Of a stretch of 64,000 nt of DNA, positions 62,929-64,000 are shown one piece after another (position 1 is the stretch's first letter; every line of letters begins with the position of its first letter). A model generated the notes under the pieces. That model made no database searches, was not told the DNA's origin, and saw only the letters and a list, made by a program, of their open reading frames with translations. A program made the position numbers and the translations under genes. This DNA is from Lingula anatina (taxonomy: Eukaryota; Animalia; Brachiopoda): the NCBI GenBank assembly GCA_051362555.1, contig CM120640.1, positions 38,356,788 through 38,420,787 of the forward strand, written 5' to 3'.

Positions 62929-62985
<57 letters not shown>

Positions 62986-63180
62986 CTTGTCTTTTTATAA
63001 GTCTCTGAAAATTTAGATAAAAGAATACAAAAAATGAATATTCTTTATAAAGAAAAAGAAATTCTTTAGTGCATCTTTGGCCATTTTAAGTGATGCGTCA
63101 TGCACATTCAGTTTTTGTCTAGGCTACTTCAGTATTTTATTGAAAAGATGCATATATAATATATGTACAGGTAGGTGTGC

Positions 63181-63211
<31 letters not shown>

Positions 63212-63232
63212 TGATGATGATGATGATGATGA
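62929..63232. repeat. (TTA)n and (ATA)n(ATG)n microsatellites
   Basis: Read directly: (TTA)n at ~62929-62982 and (ATA)n(ATG)n at ~63181-63232. Confidence 0.9.
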
Positions 63233-63384
63233 TTGTGGTGATGATAAAAAACTAAAACATCAAATGCCAAGTTATAAAGAAAATAATAATATGATGATGA
63301 GGATAATTTTTGTAATAATACAAAAAAACTAAAATTTCAAGTGACAAGTTATAAAGATAATGATATAAAGTTATGACATAGATC

Positions 63385-63418
<34 letters not shown>

Positions 63419-64000
63419 GCTTATTTTTCTGGGTAATCAAAAAGAAAAGAAAAATCGGAAACACGTGGATTGACTTTCAACTTACAAGTACCCCTGTAGA
63501 CTTACTGGTACTTACACTTCACCAAATAAAAAATATTGATGCCCTAGGCCTATTTTCGAGAAAAAAAACTGAAAATTGTTTTGGTTTCTCCATGAGGAAC
63601 GACCACGTACCGGTACGTTCTCTAAAAATTCATAGAGATATCGGATATCAAATTATTTATATCTTGCAAAAAATTTGGAAAGCCTCATTTCTTTCTTGCG
63701 TTGTCTGGATGATTTATAAATATAAACAAAAAAGAAAAGAAAGAAATAGAAAAGAAAAAATGCCGATTCAGTGGACGGTAAACTTTTAAATCTGTGACCC
63801 CCCCCCCCCCCCTCAATCCTTGTTTCCGCTTTTGGTTACTCGGTACACTAAGGGATTATGGGAGTGGGGAGAGTTAGTTCCGGTTTGATAATGGTAACAT
63901 GGACTGACCTTATTACGAGTTATCGAGAGACCTAGCTCTTAGTAAACATTTTACGCGTTCTATATGGCTGACTTTTTATAGGGTCAAAATGGGTGTTTAA

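Overview
AT-rich, intron-rich animal genomic DNA, probably a lophotrochozoan or mollusc (inferred from repeat style and protein sequences); it is not prokaryotic and has no CRISPR, rRNA or tRNA. I reconstructed six protein-coding genes by hand from splice sites and reading phase. (1) SUPV3L1, the mitochondrial SUV3 helicase, on the minus strand, running off the left edge. (2) A ~2,686-aa ALMS1 orthologue on the plus strand, head-to-head with SUPV3L1, with a 4.1-kb exon. (3) A GT32/DxD-type glycosyltransferase nested antisense inside ALMS1 intron 9. (4) A sideroflexin (SFXN1/3 type), minus strand. (5) TMEM128, plus strand, head-to-head with the sideroflexin. (6) A CPEB2/3/4 (Orb2-type) gene, minus strand. 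The introns hold Helentron-like non-autonomous elements with ~160-bp tandem arrays, TIR elements with 5- and 6-bp target-site duplications (TSDs), a nested insertion and palindromic MITEs. The most notable observation is a 24-nt exon (57127-57150) in a 4.4-kb CPEB intron encoding ARPYGRRR. It is the positional and sequence equivalent of the vertebrate neuronal CPEB4 microexon (ARTYGRRR). Comparisons to human genes are from memory and need database confirmation.
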